Assembly (NCBI GenBank): GCA_022813865.1
Contig: JALDZX010000006.1
Coordinates: 310,001-374,000 of the forward strand
Reading direction: 5' to 3'
DNA: 64,000 bases
DNA from: Xylographa opegraphella
Taxonomy: Eukaryota
Position numbers and translations under genes: made by a program. The notes under the pieces are model-generated. The model was not told the origin of the DNA and made no database searches. It saw only the letters and a program-made list of their open reading frames with translations. Positions 35,023 to 48,804 of the stretch are shown here, one piece after another; position 1 is the first letter of the stretch; each line of letters starts with the position of its first letter.

Positions 35023-38000
35023 TCACTGTGATCCTGCCACCTGCGCTTGCGGCGGTCGGGGACTGTGACTTGTCCCCCCTTGTGTACCACCGTTTCTCAT
35101 CTGCGAAGCATTATCCCTGCTAGGTGGCCGTACACCATTCATACTACCCACCCTGTTGTGGTTCTGCTGCGCTTGCTGCTGGAAATGCATTGACTGAGTG
35201 TACATTTGCGGATTCAGCATGGTGTTTCCAAAGTTCGATACCTGCTGTGTGCCCGATCCATTGAGGCCAAGACCACTACCAGCCGCAGCTTGCATTGCTG
35301 CTTGAGAATTCTGCGCGCGGTATTGCTGATTCAGATGGTCTGTTGCCAATTGTTTGATCTGCTCGGGACTGGCATTAGGATGGCGAGCTTTCATCTGGCT
35401 GGCTATCTGGTTTAATATAGGCGTGACACCATTCGATAGTTGTTGAGCCTGAACAACGTTTGCCAAGCGGGGAGAAGCTGAAGTCCTTGGATGGGCTGGA
35501 ATACCGTTCGGTGCCGGACTTATTTTTCCGTTCGTAGCTTGCAGATTAGTAAGCATCGCTGCATTCGCCTGAGGAGTATTTATACTGATAGGTTGAGGAG
35601 AGGATGATGTACCATTAATGCCGTTCGTTCCAGGATACCTTTGTTGTCGCTGTGCGGCCAGATACTGCTGTTCTTGTTGGACACGAGTGGCTTCTAGAAT
35701 CACACGCATGTCGTGAGGCATTCGTTGTTGTCCAAGCATATGTGACTGCATAGGGGCTTGTGGGATACCTCCGCCCCGCATGTTTGTTGGTCCGCTGGAT
35801 GACTGGCCATTGGGGAGAATCCCGTTTGGTAACGGAATCGTTCGATTCTGGCCAGCACCGGAAGGGATTACACCGTGTGGCAGGGATGTCGCAAGATGTG
35901 GACTTGTTGACATAGATGTAGATATGCCATTGCGAGCTTGGATTGGTATATTAGGATTGGGCTGCGACTGGCCGGATTGCTGGCTCGCTTTCTGCATGAA
36001 AGCGGCCTCGATAGAGTCAGTAGTGTCTGGAAACAGTGCCGTCTGTGTAGAGCTTACCCTTTGTTGGGCAAGCATCTGCTGCCGGTACAAGTCCTGCTTT
36101 TCCTGCATCCGACACTCGCGTTCGTGTTTGAAGCGACTAAACTCTTGAGGAGTCTGCATGCGTTGTCTAGGTTGCGTAGCCTCTGTAGCTTTTCTCATGG
36201 CAGCCAAAGAAGCAACTACATCAGGAACTGGTCAGTATCGCAGAAACATCAAAGTAAACATTCTGGGACTAAGCTAGGACACAAAGGGTCGGAATAACGG
36301 ATGATCAAGACATACCATGCAGTTGCTTCTGCAGAGTGGTCTCCTTCTTTTTCGCCACCTTCTGCATAGCGTGAATGAGAGCCAAATGCTTGTTGTTTCT
36401 TCTACGTTCAACCCGGGTCGGTTCAGCAGTGCGGCGCCGTACTTGCGCCTGTGACGAATTACCAGCTTGTTGTTGTTGCTGAGCCGCGATCTGCTGATTC
36501 AATAAGGTTCTCGCCGCGTCACGTCTAGAGTACCATGTCCGGAAGTATTGTGTCCTGTTCATGTCTCCTGGCAAGCCCTCAAAACTGACCCATCTCTCAA
36601 AACATTCCCACGGGGTGCGCCTCTCGGCTCCGGACGAAAACAACGAGGGAGATGTCAAAGAACTGGAGATAAGTGACCAATTGTATGCATATTCGCGCAC
36701 TAACTTTCTCAGCTCGTCATCCTCAGCCCATGTCCATTGCGAACATGTCCGGGACTCGAAGAAGCTCTGAGACGGCATGCTAAACTCCGACGGAGGTCGG
36801 AATGCATGAGCTGCGTGCAAACGATCGATGATGTGTTTGTTTTCAGAGTTGAAAAGAGCCACATCGTTGATTTCCGGAGGCACTGGTTCGTTTGCACTCG
36901 AGAAAGTGCTACGAGGCCGCTTCGCCGGTTCATAAAAGTGCTCATCTTCATCATCGTTATCATCGTCGAACTCATACCTACTTTTTTTCCGTGAAGGTAC
37001 AGGACTTCGGATAATCATCTTTCCTGTTGCAAATTTGGAAATAGGCAACAAAGGTGTCTTCCAACTCTTGTCGGCTGACTGATTGTCTGCGATGGCCTCA
37101 ACTTCAGATATGTTATTCCAAGGTTCGTAAAGAGGCAATTCAGCGAGAAGTTTTTCCGAAACAGGAGTCTTGTCCAGTTGGAATATGACATCTTCTGGTG
37201 CCAATGAAAAGATAGCCGCTGGTGCGGGGGTTTTGATGGCACCGAGGATGGGTGTATTCGCTCCTAAGGCATCGCTCAGATCATCTTCACCAGCAGGAAC
37301 AAGCTCTGGTGTAGTGTCCGAGCGAGAACTCTCAACATTATTGGCCAATGACACCGGAGTAACATGACCATCCGAATCTCTGATTTTACCACCATTTGAA
37401 ATTGGACGCACTTGCAAAGCCATGCGTCTCGCCGAAGAACTCGCAATCCACTCGGCACACCAGTCAGCAAGGTTCTTTGCGACCACAAGTTTCCATTTCC
37501 TCTCCTCCCTGAAATCCGTCTGCATCCATTTCATATGGGCAAGAAGAACATCCCACTGTGATGTAGGTCTCTGTGGTTCTTGAGAACGAGAAAGTTGACG
37601 AAGAGACCACCGGTTAGAATTTTGCAAATGGTATATCCGCTTCAGTATTCGACAATCTTGTTGCTCATGGAAATCTAGATAATGATTAGAAGTAGTCAAG
37701 GCCTTATGGGCAGATCCGAGTAAAGCATTCAGTGATGGCTGCTGTGCAGAAGCTTGGGCTGTAAACAAGGTCAAGAGGTAATCCTTGTCGCGCTCCGCAA
37801 CTCGCTCTGAACCCGATACTCTTTGAACGGACGATTCGCTATTATTTGAATAATCTAGAGGTTGCTGGCGCGCAAAAACCACGGTTGACAGCTTGCTGCG
37901 CTCCTTTTCCCTTTCCTTTAGCTCGCTAAGACGGGATCTGAAGCTTACTGACTCTGGGGATGTGACGAGCTGTCCATATTTAGGAGTCTGTTGCCCTGAG

Positions 38001-39692
38001 ACATCTTGGAGCGAGTCATTTGTTCCCCTGTCAACAGGTGTTTTGTCTCCTTGATGTGTTCCAGACCTAGGCGTTGCTCCAAGAATTTCAGAAACGGACT
38101 TGTGCCGCAGAGCGCCCGAGGAAACTCGCGTGGTCATACGTTCTGGTGGCGAAGGATGTGCCGTCGCGGGTGTTGCCTTCAAAGGAGTTGAAGAACTCGA
38201 AGGAGTCTGAGAGTCAAGTGACCCTTGCAGACGCGACTTCTCCAAGGACTCCGTGGTCCCTCTTTGCGAAGATACTCCGGTATCGATACGCATCGGCGGT
38301 CTTTGACTGAACATAAGATCTTTCGAAATTTCTCTTGTCGTGCCTGGCATCATTCTTTCCTGGAAAGGCTGGGAACGCCTCTCAAGGAGACGCGAGTCTC
38401 CAACGAGGCTGCAAGATCTGTCAAGTTGGTCTACTTTTTGCACATTGTTGATCGTGTCTCCCTCCGTACTAGAGAGTGTCTCGTTCTCTGCCCGTGGTTT
38501 TAGATTATGGGTCGGCTTTAAGAATTGTGGCTCTCGGAGGTGTAATTGCGACTCGGTAACAGGCCGTCCATCTTGAATGATTTCTGCATCTGTGATCTTA
38601 TTCTCGGAGGCGTCATTAATATCTTCCGCAGAATGGGACCCCTTAGTTGCGGGCGCTTGCGATATCCGTTTGGACACACCATTAGTTTTAAAAGGATCAT
38701 GTGCCGATCCAGATTTGCCATCATAATCCGGCTTCAAATTGAAGTTCTCTAGAGAATCGTCTGCTAACCGCAGTATGTTGTCTGGTTGTTCTTGACTCGC
38801 CACATCTGAAGGCTGCGTTCCTGTCAGGCTTGAGCCTCGAAGATCCTCAACAGTACCCAGAGTAATTGACCCTTCCAAAGAATTGAGATCATCATCGACA
38901 AGTGCCTGAGCTTTGGAATGGCTACCAGTGTCAAGACCTTGCGGATCTGAAGGCCATGAGAATGGTTTCTTTGTCCTAATCAATCCTGCTTCCGGTGAAT
39001 GCACCCTCGCAGCCACAACCGGGTCTCGAACACCGTTCTCTCGTTCGACATATAAGTCCGTTCTTACTGAAGCTCGATCATCGTGTGCTTCTTGTGATGT
39101 ACTATTTGAGGCGGGAAGGTATTCGTTTTCGTTCTGCTCGCGACCGGATTTTGACGATACACTATGCCCTCCTGCTAACCTTCCTTGTAACACAATTGTG
39201 TCGGAGTCATCAGAAGCGGGAACGGTCTCGTGATCCGGTAATTCAGGGCGCTGTTGGGGTTTGGTTGATGGTGTCACTGGGCTGTTGTAGTTGATGAGTT
39301 CCGCCCCGGGAACCCCTCGCAATGTGGAAGGATCGAAAAATTTGCCTCTGTCGAGAAATCAGCCTCATTCTTTTGGCGTGCGTCGATAAGATCTACGCGT
39401 GGAACATTACTTACTCAAGAACGTTGTTTGCGTCCAGGAATTCAGCCTCACCATAGGTTTGGAGATCGTTGGCATCGGGTTTGTGTTTTTGAGGTAGCGG
39501 CCTAGCATAGCTCACGGTCGCATGGTACAGCTCCTGGAGTTTGCGTTTACGGCTTGTTATACAATTTCTGTGACGTTTATGAGCGATTTGTTTCTTTCGC
39601 ATAGTATCGAGGAACGATTTGCAGTCATTCAAGATAGTTTTTACGTACCCAAGCTCATCGCGTTTGGACTTCAGTATTGCGTCGCGGATCAT
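35023..39692 (-). CDS. EAF1: NuA4 scaffold subunit Eaf1/Vid21 (HSA and Myb-like domains, Q-rich tail)
   Basis: Starts MIRDAILKSKRDELG with short 5' introns. HSA motif WDVLLAHMKWMQTDFREERKWK; SANT/Myb motif WTWAEDDELRKLVREYAYNWSLIS..RTPWECFERW. Confidence 0.92.
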
Positions 39693-39964
39693 TGAAATGA
39701 TCTCGACAACGCGACATCCGTAATATTCGCAACAAGCGACCTATTCGCGAGCCAGAGGTTCATGAGGGTGAATTATGGGCATAGATATGATGAAAAGCGA
39801 TAGCGTTGTGCCTTTTGATGGTCGTGTTGTCATCAATGGTGTTGGCTTCTATCGGACGTGACAATCCAAAATCGAAAGTCGTCCCTATCTCGCTTAAAAT
39901 GCGACGGTATCTCTAAAAAATTCAGCCAACTTGCTGCATACCAGCTATCGACCTCTCAGCAGTC

Positions 39965-41593
39965 ATGGGCAAGCGGAAGAGGGATACAGCGGAGAAGGAG
40001 AGGCTGCCTCCGCTCACTCTCAAGCACGTCGTGAAAGACCCCAACGCAAGCATGCTAGACTCAAAGCGTTTGCAGCAGGGTGGCTCAACGACTATCCAAA
40101 TTATCGTCGGGTCCTATGACAGAGTTCTGCACGGCATAACGGCTACCATTCCTGAAGCTACGGAGAATGGCGGCGGCTTTTCACCAGAGGTTCACTTTGC
40201 CGATACCTTTCTTTTTAATGCGCATACTTCAGCAATTCGATGTCTTGCAATTTCTCCGCTTCCTTCTTTGGAAGATCCTAGTCAATCACATAAACTGACT
40301 CTCGCAAGTGGCGGCACTGATGAGAGGATCAATCTTTATCATATTTCAGCTATGGCTCCAAGTGTTGATGTTAAGAAGGCAGTATCCCGGCCAACATTGG
40401 GGAACACTCTAGTCACGGAGAATCCCAAAAACAGAGAACTTGGTTCTCTTCTCCATCATTCCTCTAGTATAACCGCATTGTACTTCCCTACACGGTCAAA
40501 ACTTTTGTCAGCAGCGGAGGATAATACCGTAGCTATTTCGCGGACACGGGATTGGACTGTACTCTCCACGATTAAGGCGCCGATACCCAAGGCAATAGGT
40601 CGACCAAGTGGCGACACTGCTCCGCTTGGCGGTACACCTGCTGGCGTTAATGATTTTGCCGTTCACCCTAGCATGAAATTGATGATCAGTGTGGGTAAAG
40701 GTGAGAAGTGTATGCGGCTATGGAACCTTGTAACAGGGAAGAAAGCAGGTGTATTAACCTTCGAAAGGGAGATCTTGCAAGGGGTTGGAGAGGGTAGATG
40801 GGCCAGTGGTGAAGGCAGGAAGGTCGAATGGAACAGTAATGGTGATGGATTCGTCGTCGGTTTTGAAAAGGGTGCAGTCGTTTTCGGCATGGTACATTGA
40901 TATGTTGCTACAAGCTGTTCTAGTGGAGACTAACAAGAGTAGGATTCCAAACCAAAATGCCGGGTTATGCCCGTTCCAGTGACAAAGATTCACCAGATAC
41001 ATTACATCCCCAACCAACAGTATGACGCCCACTTGGCGGATCTTCTCGCTGTATCGACAGAAGATGGCAGGGTAGTCTTCTACTCCACAGGTGTTGTCCA
41101 GGATGCAGACGACAAAATAATGGTCCCGACCTCACCAATTCCCACTTGTGTTCCCCTAGGTCAGCTGGGTGGAAAAGATACCGACATATCAATACGTGTT
41201 AAAGACTTTGAATATCTTGCACCAGGCACCGCCCAGAGAAATCAAACCAGCGGAACAATTATCACTGCCAGTAGTGACGGCTCAATTCGCATCTGGAGTG
41301 TTCGAGCGTCGGAGCTTGTTGAGAAGCGTAAGACTACGAATGGTACATCTGACCATCCACAGTTAGAAGAGAGGACCATGAACGGCGAGCAAACTCATGT
41401 TGAAGACCTATCTAAAGCACCAATACGCCAGTGCGGCACTTTGCTCGGGACCCATGAGACTGGAAATAGGATCACTTGTCTTAAAGCTTTCACAATGCTC
41501 AGTCTATCCACACCACAGGTAGATGTAGCGGATAATAAAGATAGCGATGTGTTCGAGGGCATATCTGATAGCGACAAAGAAAACAATATCTAG
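39965..41593 (+). CDS. MAK11: WD40 60S ribosome biogenesis factor Mak11
   Basis: IQIIVGSYDRVLHG, LASGGTDERI and AVHPSMKLMISVGKGEKCMRLWNLVTGKKA. Intron 40892-40942. Confidence 0.9.
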
Positions 41594-42067
41594 ACAAATG
41601 GCAATTATTGTATACAACTTAGAGATCCTTAACTACGTGTTCTAGGACATTTCATCCCTTTCCTACTGCCTCTCCGCTAATACCGGCCTCAGGCTGGACG
41701 GCATGCGTAAACATCAGAATGCCTAGTAGCTTCGAGACGGGGGTGCTCAGACTACAGGAGCCTCATTCCCGCTCTCATCCCGCTAGACTAGTGTTTGTGC
41801 TACGGAATTTCCTTCAGACTCATATATCCCCAAAACTTATGACTCAAACAGTCAAGGCTATTCAAGAGCTCTTTGAATATAGCTAGCTGGACCCCGGAAG
41901 ATTTCCTTGGCCCATAAAGTATTTGTCACCCAAGGACTCTTTCATTCGTGAACCTATAAGTAAAAATACGACCTAGTGGAGATCGCACCGGTAACATTTA
42001 AGATTCGTTGTCTCCGCAAGTAACAGGTATATAATTGCTTACAAGTGGGAATAATCAGGTCGCCATC

Positions 42068-43724
42068 ATGGATACAAACGGAGACTTGCCCTCAGATGAA
42101 GATTCTATTCCTGGGACGCCACCTTTTGAAGCGACCAATGGACACGATGACGAAATTGAAGATGATGAGTCTCTTCAGAAGCCCAAGTCGGCATTGAAGA
42201 AGACATCAAAGCTGGAACCACCGCTGCCAATATCTCGACCGGAATTACCTGAACAGCCGGATCCAGAAAATCTCGTTGTCTCCGAGCTCACGCCGCTTTC
42301 TCCAGAAATCATCTCGAGACAGGCTACTATCAATATCGGAACGATCGGTCATGTGGCCCATGGGAAATCAACGGTGGTAAAGGCAATATCGGGTGTGCAA
42401 ACTGTCAGATTCAAAAACGAGCTGGAAAGAAACATCACAATCAAGCTTGGATATGCCAATGCGAAGATATATAAGTGCGACAATGAAGAGTGCCCACGTC
42501 CAACCTGTTACAGAAGCTACAAGAGTGAAAAGGAGGTAGATCCACCATGCGAGCGGGATGGCTGTTCTGGGCGGTATCGTTTGCTGAGACACGTCTCGTA
42601 CGTTACGAGCTTAATCATACTGAGAACAACAGGAGACTAACAGAGTGAACTTCAGATTCGTAGATTGCCCGGGCCACGACATTCTCATGAGTACTATGTT
42701 GTCTGGAGCCGCTGTCATGGATGCTGCACTACTGCTGATTGCAGGGAACGAGACATGCCCTCAACCTCAGACGTCAGAGCATCTCGCCGCGATCGAGATC
42801 ATGAAACTCAACCACATTATCATTCTACAGAACAAAGTCGACTTAATGCGCGAAGAAGGAGCGGAACAGCATTATCAGTCCATTTTGAAATTCATACGCG
42901 GGACAGTCGCAGACGGCTCACCAATCATACCAATCTCCGCTCAATTGAAATACAACATCGACGCCATCAATGAATATCTGGTCACAAAGATTCCTATCCC
43001 AATTCGAGATTTTAGCGCTGCTCCTCATATGATTGTCATTCGTTCCTTCGACGTCAACAAGCCTGGGGCCGAAATTGAAGAACTAAAGGGTGGTGTTGCC
43101 GGTGGGAGTATCCTGACAGGAGTTCTGAAGCTGGGCGACGAAATTGAGATCCGACCAGGTCTTGTGACTAAAGATGAAACGGGTCAAATCCGATGTAGGC
43201 CAATCTTCAGTCGAGTTATCTCACTCTTTGCGGAACACAACGACCTTAAGTTTGCAGTACCTGGTGGGCTCATTGGTGTCGGCACACGAGTGGATCCCAC
43301 ACTCTGTCGTGCTGATCGTCTCGTCGGCTTTGTACTCGGTCTCAAAGGTAGACTACCAGCCATCTACACCGAGCTCGAAGTCAACTATTTCCTTCTCCGA
43401 CGACTGCTTGGGGTTAAGACCGCCGATGGCAAGCAAGCAAAGGTCGCCAAATTAGCCAAGAACGAGGTCCTGATGGTGAATATTGGCTCGACCGCTACTG
43501 GCGCAAAAGTCATGGGAGTGAAAGCAGACGCCGCAAAACTCAGCCTGACGAGTCCTGCATGCACAGAGATTGGCGAGAAGATTGCACTGAGCAGGAGAAT
43601 CGACAAGCATTGGCGGCTGATCGGTTGGGCGAACATCGTGGCGTAAGTGCTCCTCGTGGTGCTGGTGCCTGATTATCCTAACCGTTATTCTAGGGGCAAT
43701 ACATTGGAGCCGATCGTCGATTGA
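42068..43724 (+). CDS. GCD11: Translation initiation factor eIF2 gamma
   Basis: [23 protein letters not shown] and [12 protein letters not shown]. Introns 42598-42655 and 43643-43693; probable 5'-UTR intron ~41991-42058. Confidence 0.97.
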
Positions 43725-44233
43725 AAGGACATCTAGAAGAACAGGTTCGTGTTCTGAAAGGATAACGATTAGGGTCATGTCTTGAATGATTACGAGCATG
43801 AGCATACACATGACCTGACACAAGTGTGCATTGGCAGGCCCGTCGGGGTTTGAGCATCAGCAAAAGTGGCATTTATCAATGATGTTGACTGTACAGTGCT
43901 GACAAAGTTGGTGATAAGTCTTCCACTACAGTAGGAAACCTTAAATCCAATGCTACAAGCAAGACTCGATAAAGCATATGGAGCTCATCAGTGTGATTCG
44001 AAATCATAAACTTTCTGAGCGAATGAAACAAGTTCCACAGCGAAGTTCAGAATCTATCAAAAGCGTATTCCAACATCTTGACAAAAATGCACGCTCGTTA
44101 CTGAACGCTCACATGATCTACATAACCAAATCCAACCGCAGTGGCACCACCATAAAGAGAGAACCCAACGTCCCTCACATTCTAAAGATCTGCTGCCACA
44201 CACCAACATCCTATCACCTTGCAGTCCGCTTTC

Positions 44234-47200
44234 TTACCGCCCATACTCCAAGCTCGGGATAATCACAGGCCCGTACTTACTAACGCCGCCGTAGCTCCCA
44301 TCGCCCTGGACCATGAAATCCGCCGCCAGACTCAACTTGCCCTCCCCCTTACCCATGTCTGTGCGCCCGTAGCTGCCCTGCACGACCTCCGGGTCATACG
44401 CCACCATGGCGACATAATTGCGGCGGCCCATCAGCTTCTTCTGCTCGCGGGGCCTGCCGTCGGGCTCGGCCTGGAAGATCTCCATCATGTCCTCTTTGGT
44501 GTCGGAGGGGCTGTTGGAGTTGCGGTGCCCGTTCTGCGGCACGTAGAGGGGCTTGTTGTTGTGCAGCAGCTTCAGCACGTAGGAGGGCGGGCCGGTGTTG
44601 ACGACGGAGGACGAGATGAGCTGGTACATGGTCTTGTGGTCGGAGGGCTTGGAGGGGTCGTGCACGAGGCCGGCGCCGCAGCAGTCGACGGCGCCTGAGA
44701 GGAAGGTCATGCGGATGGATTTCTGGTGCGAGATGCCTTGGAGGGTACGGATGAGGTAGGTGCGCTCGAGGTCCTGTGATAGGGGGTTAGTGAGCCGAAC
44801 AGAGGTGGGACAGTAGAGTTCGGAGGATGCTACCTTTGATTCATGAGTCCATTGGTCTTTTAGCTCGTCAAGCATGTCGATGTCGCCAAAGGGGCTGAGA
44901 ATCCCTCCCATCAGCCCAGATTTGCCGACCGCACGCTTCACCGAGTCGAAACCGCTACCGACAACGGCCTTCGCGCCCACGACGCCAGCCACGGAGCTGG
45001 TCACCTTGCCAAGGACGTTGTAGGCGCCGGTGACGGCTTTCTTGCCGGTGGCGACGGTGTGGGCGATCTGCTCGGCGGCCTCTAGGCGGGGGTAGATGAC
45101 GGGGACGGTGATCATCCAGATGCAATGCTGGACGCTCGGGGGCAGCATGGCAACTTTGGGGAAAAGGCCTTGGTAGGTCGGACCGGCCATGACCTGGTGC
45201 GGGTTCCGTTCAGAGCGGCAATCAGGCCCGACAACGACGACGGCGGGTCCAAGGTACTTGACGAAGTGCCAACCGGTGCCGGTGATGGTGAAGATGTCGG
45301 TGTCATTGCTGACGTTGCGCAGTAGCTCGAGGGTCGTGTGGTGCTGGAAGAGCAGGTACATTTCAATGCCGATGCGGCCGATGTTCTTGAACATGTTGGA
45401 GAACTGCATGTATTCAGGATATGAGCCAAAGCCATCAAAGCTGGGAACGAAGTCAGTAGAATGCCTCTGTATATGAGCAAAAGGATGTCTGGCTCACATG
45501 TCGTGGTCGTCAATCTGCAAAACATGAGGGATTTGAGCGAATGCTTCTCTCAGGTACGGCTGATCGAAGTGACTCGTGTAGTAATGGAAATAGGCATGTG
45601 CAACGTCTTCTTCATGCCGTGCAGTCCACGGCTCATTCTTACGATTCTCTTTGCCGCTTATGGCAAGCCACTGCTTCAGGAGCGGAATCTCTCTCCATAA
45701 CCGGTCGGCATATATTTGGTCGCCCAGTCCAAGCTGTGTGTGGAAGCCACCGCACTCGACGTGCTTAGACATTATGTCTTTCCACATGTATCCAATGCCA
45801 CCTACTCGACTTCGTTCATTTGCACTGACGTTGAGCGAGAAATCATTTCCAGAGGTGGCAATGAATCGCCAGTTGGTTTCGTATCGACCAGCCACGAGGA
45901 ATTCGTACCTTGTGCAGCCGAGATGAGAAGTGATGGCATAGGTCCATTTAGCGCTTCCAGAATCTTCCATTTTGAGATCAACATCATATCGGTAGAACGT
46001 CCACCTTTGGTGTCGAGAGATCGGATTTGCCTTCAGCTGTCGTGGATTGGGGGACAGATCAACGCTTTGGTGAATATGGATGGTCGGTGGCTGCGGGGCG
46101 TCTGTAACCAAAAGTATGGATCCAAGCCACAGCCCTCTCTCGAGATCCATATTGGTGTATCTCAAATAAGGACCGAAATACACCCCATTTGTTGGTGCAA
46201 CCTTGTAAACGTCAACACCACTTGAGGGCGGTGGTCCCGTGAACCCAGTAACGGTTGGAGTCATAGACTGCATACTCATGACACTCTCTGCATAGCCAGG
46301 AGTTGATGGCTGAAGACCGGGTGAGGCTAGAGGCTTCCCACTAAACGCACCAAAACCAGGAGATTGAAGAGGATTTCCCCCATATACGCTCAGAGTCGGC
46401 GAAAGGGGTTCGTTAAGGTTCAATGGCGTTGGCCCTTTGGGGAACTCCCACTGAGTAGACTGAGTTGGTAGGTGGATGTAATAGTACTGTCCGGAATTTG
46501 GATCCAGATGAGCAATCCAACCTTCGGGTAGTGGAGGCGGCGATGCCGGTCCAGCACCAGATGGTGCAGGTGACGAGTTTACGTATTGAGATGTGCTACC
46601 AATGGAGCTGCTTCGCCCATCGGCTGTTGTAGGTAGCGGCTGTTGCCGTGAGTCGTTTGCAAAAGCTGGATGGCCTTGATTTCGCGCGTCAGCTGCCACA
46701 GCTGACCCTGCAGCGGCCACAGCTGCGGCTCCGGCGGTTACAGGTACCGCACCGTTGCTGTACTTCTCATTTGGATAACCCTGCGCTGTTGTCGGTCCCG
46801 ATGGTCGACCTTGAGAAACGCTCGAATATGCAGGTGGAGGGGACCCGGACACATGCATCCTTTGAATGTCGTGTTCTAGAGATGTGACAGACGATGCTCT
46901 GCCGGATTGCGCAATCGGAGAAGCTTGCCTGTCCGGTCGATTGTTACCGACTGGTGGTGAATATGAAGCTTGCCCGGGCCCCTGATACACTGTAGGCGGC
47001 CCGTGAGGTGTGCTTCCGGGCAGCTCGGTTGGAGTCCACGGTCTCCCAGGAAGATTCTGCGGAGGAGCTGTACTCTGACCCCGTGGGGGCTGGGACCCAT
47101 ACTGATTGGCTCTTTGCGCTGCAGCTGCACTTTGAGCCTGCAAGTTGGTCAGGGTAGAAGTCCCAGCTATACCGGCTGCCGCATATCGTGCCTCTATACC

Positions 47201-47998
47201 GCCACCGGCCACACTATCTGGCGGTACAATAGGGGTTTCTGGCGGAGGCGGAGAGCCCCTTTGCGCTCTTGTCGTCGAGACCGATGCTGTCGACGCCAAT
47301 CGATTGACTGATCCAGGGTTAGGTACGTATAGCCCGCCTCCGTCTCCTGGTCCACTCGAGGAAGACTCTCCAGGAGGCGGGAAATAATGTTGGTGGTAGT
47401 CATATGCAGCTGAGGCAGGGGGCGGGTATGCCTTTGCTGCGGTGCTTGATGCAGCTGGAGATGTAACATTGTCTCGTTGTGGTAGACGTTGAAATAGGCC
47501 CTCCTTGTCTGGTGTCTCTGGTCCTGGAGAGTCTGGGAGGGGCTTGGGTGCATTCCCTCTTCTTTCAGCCAATCTAGATGTTTGTACCTGAGGTTGTTCA
47601 CCGCGTCCATCTCTCGGCCGTATTGTCGAGGGGTATTCTGGTATGCCTGGAATGCTAGGTGGCACGGTGGATGTGTTGTACGCTGGTGAAGATCTTCCTT
47701 GCTCCGATGCATCGAATCTGTTGGCATTCGGTGTTCGGCCGTTGTTTGGACGCTGATCATGATCATCGTCGGGGTAGGGTAGTGGAGCGGGCGAACTCGA
47801 TGCGCCTGGCGGAAGCGTGAATGCGCTAGGCCTTCCCGGACCTGATCGTTGACTTGTTGCTGACGGTGCTCTTGGTTCGGGGGATAGCGATTCCCGCTTG
47901 TAAATCCTCAAAGGTTCAATGGTTGGCGAGTCTCCGGCCGATGGCTTGTCGAGAAACATCTCCTCTCCAGGACTCCCGCGCCTTGCCCGAGTACTCAT
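44234..47998 (-). CDS. WW-domain plus PhoD-like metallophosphatase-fold protein
   Basis: Pro-rich N-terminus, WW domain (LPEGWIAHLDPNSGQYYYIHLPTQSTQWEFP), GDQIYAD, and spliced DDHDIFDGFGSY across intron ~45498-45441. Second intron near 44776-44833. Confidence 0.87.
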
Positions 47999-48804
47999 GA
48001 TGGATCTCGTGCAGTCAACTTCTTTGTTTTTGGAGCTTGCTCGTTACGATCTGTGGTTCTGTTCGTCAAGCCCGGCAATATTGGAAAGGCTCGCAAGGTG
48101 AGGGAGCTGAGCTGAAGCCGATCCTGCATTCAAAGCTCCTTTCAGAGCCTGGCTTTCAATATGCGTCGTCGGGACGCCGAGAACTGCTTGTAGTTACGCA
48201 ACGACGCTTCATCCGCTTCGTGACCTGCAGTATCCTGTGGAAATGGATGTCATCAGCGAGGCCAGCGTCAAGGTCGACTTTATGGATTCGCAAGCACATG
48301 TAGCCGCCGCGGTAGAGGCAGGGGTAGCTGATTGGCTGAGTGGCATTTGCTGGCTGGCGCAGGCTGGTGCAGGCTGGTGCCCGTTTCTGCACTACTGCAC
48401 TACTGCACGTATCACATTCACTGGCCCTTTCCCCGGTCAATGCTCCGTGATTGCCTTGGTATTCGGTCCGTGGTCACTCCCATTGAGGAGCCATGTATCT
48501 GTGGAAGAACGCATAGACGTGGAAATGCCTGTATATGATAGGGTCGACAATACGATCACGTCCGTTTCGCCATCAGTCTATCTCAACACAGCCTTGAGTG
48601 GTTACGAAATCGATTCACACTGCTCGTCACTTCAGTTACTAAGCTACCCCCTATACTGCGGACTTCATTTTCGGCTGCTTTCGTAGGCACAAGAGGCTCT
48701 GGTTCCTGCTGCAGCGGATAGCCGGTGCTTACTCCAATACCCGGTCATTACATATCCTGACAGCAATGAATACCATACCTCAAGATCTCCGATATTGGAC
48801 CAAT

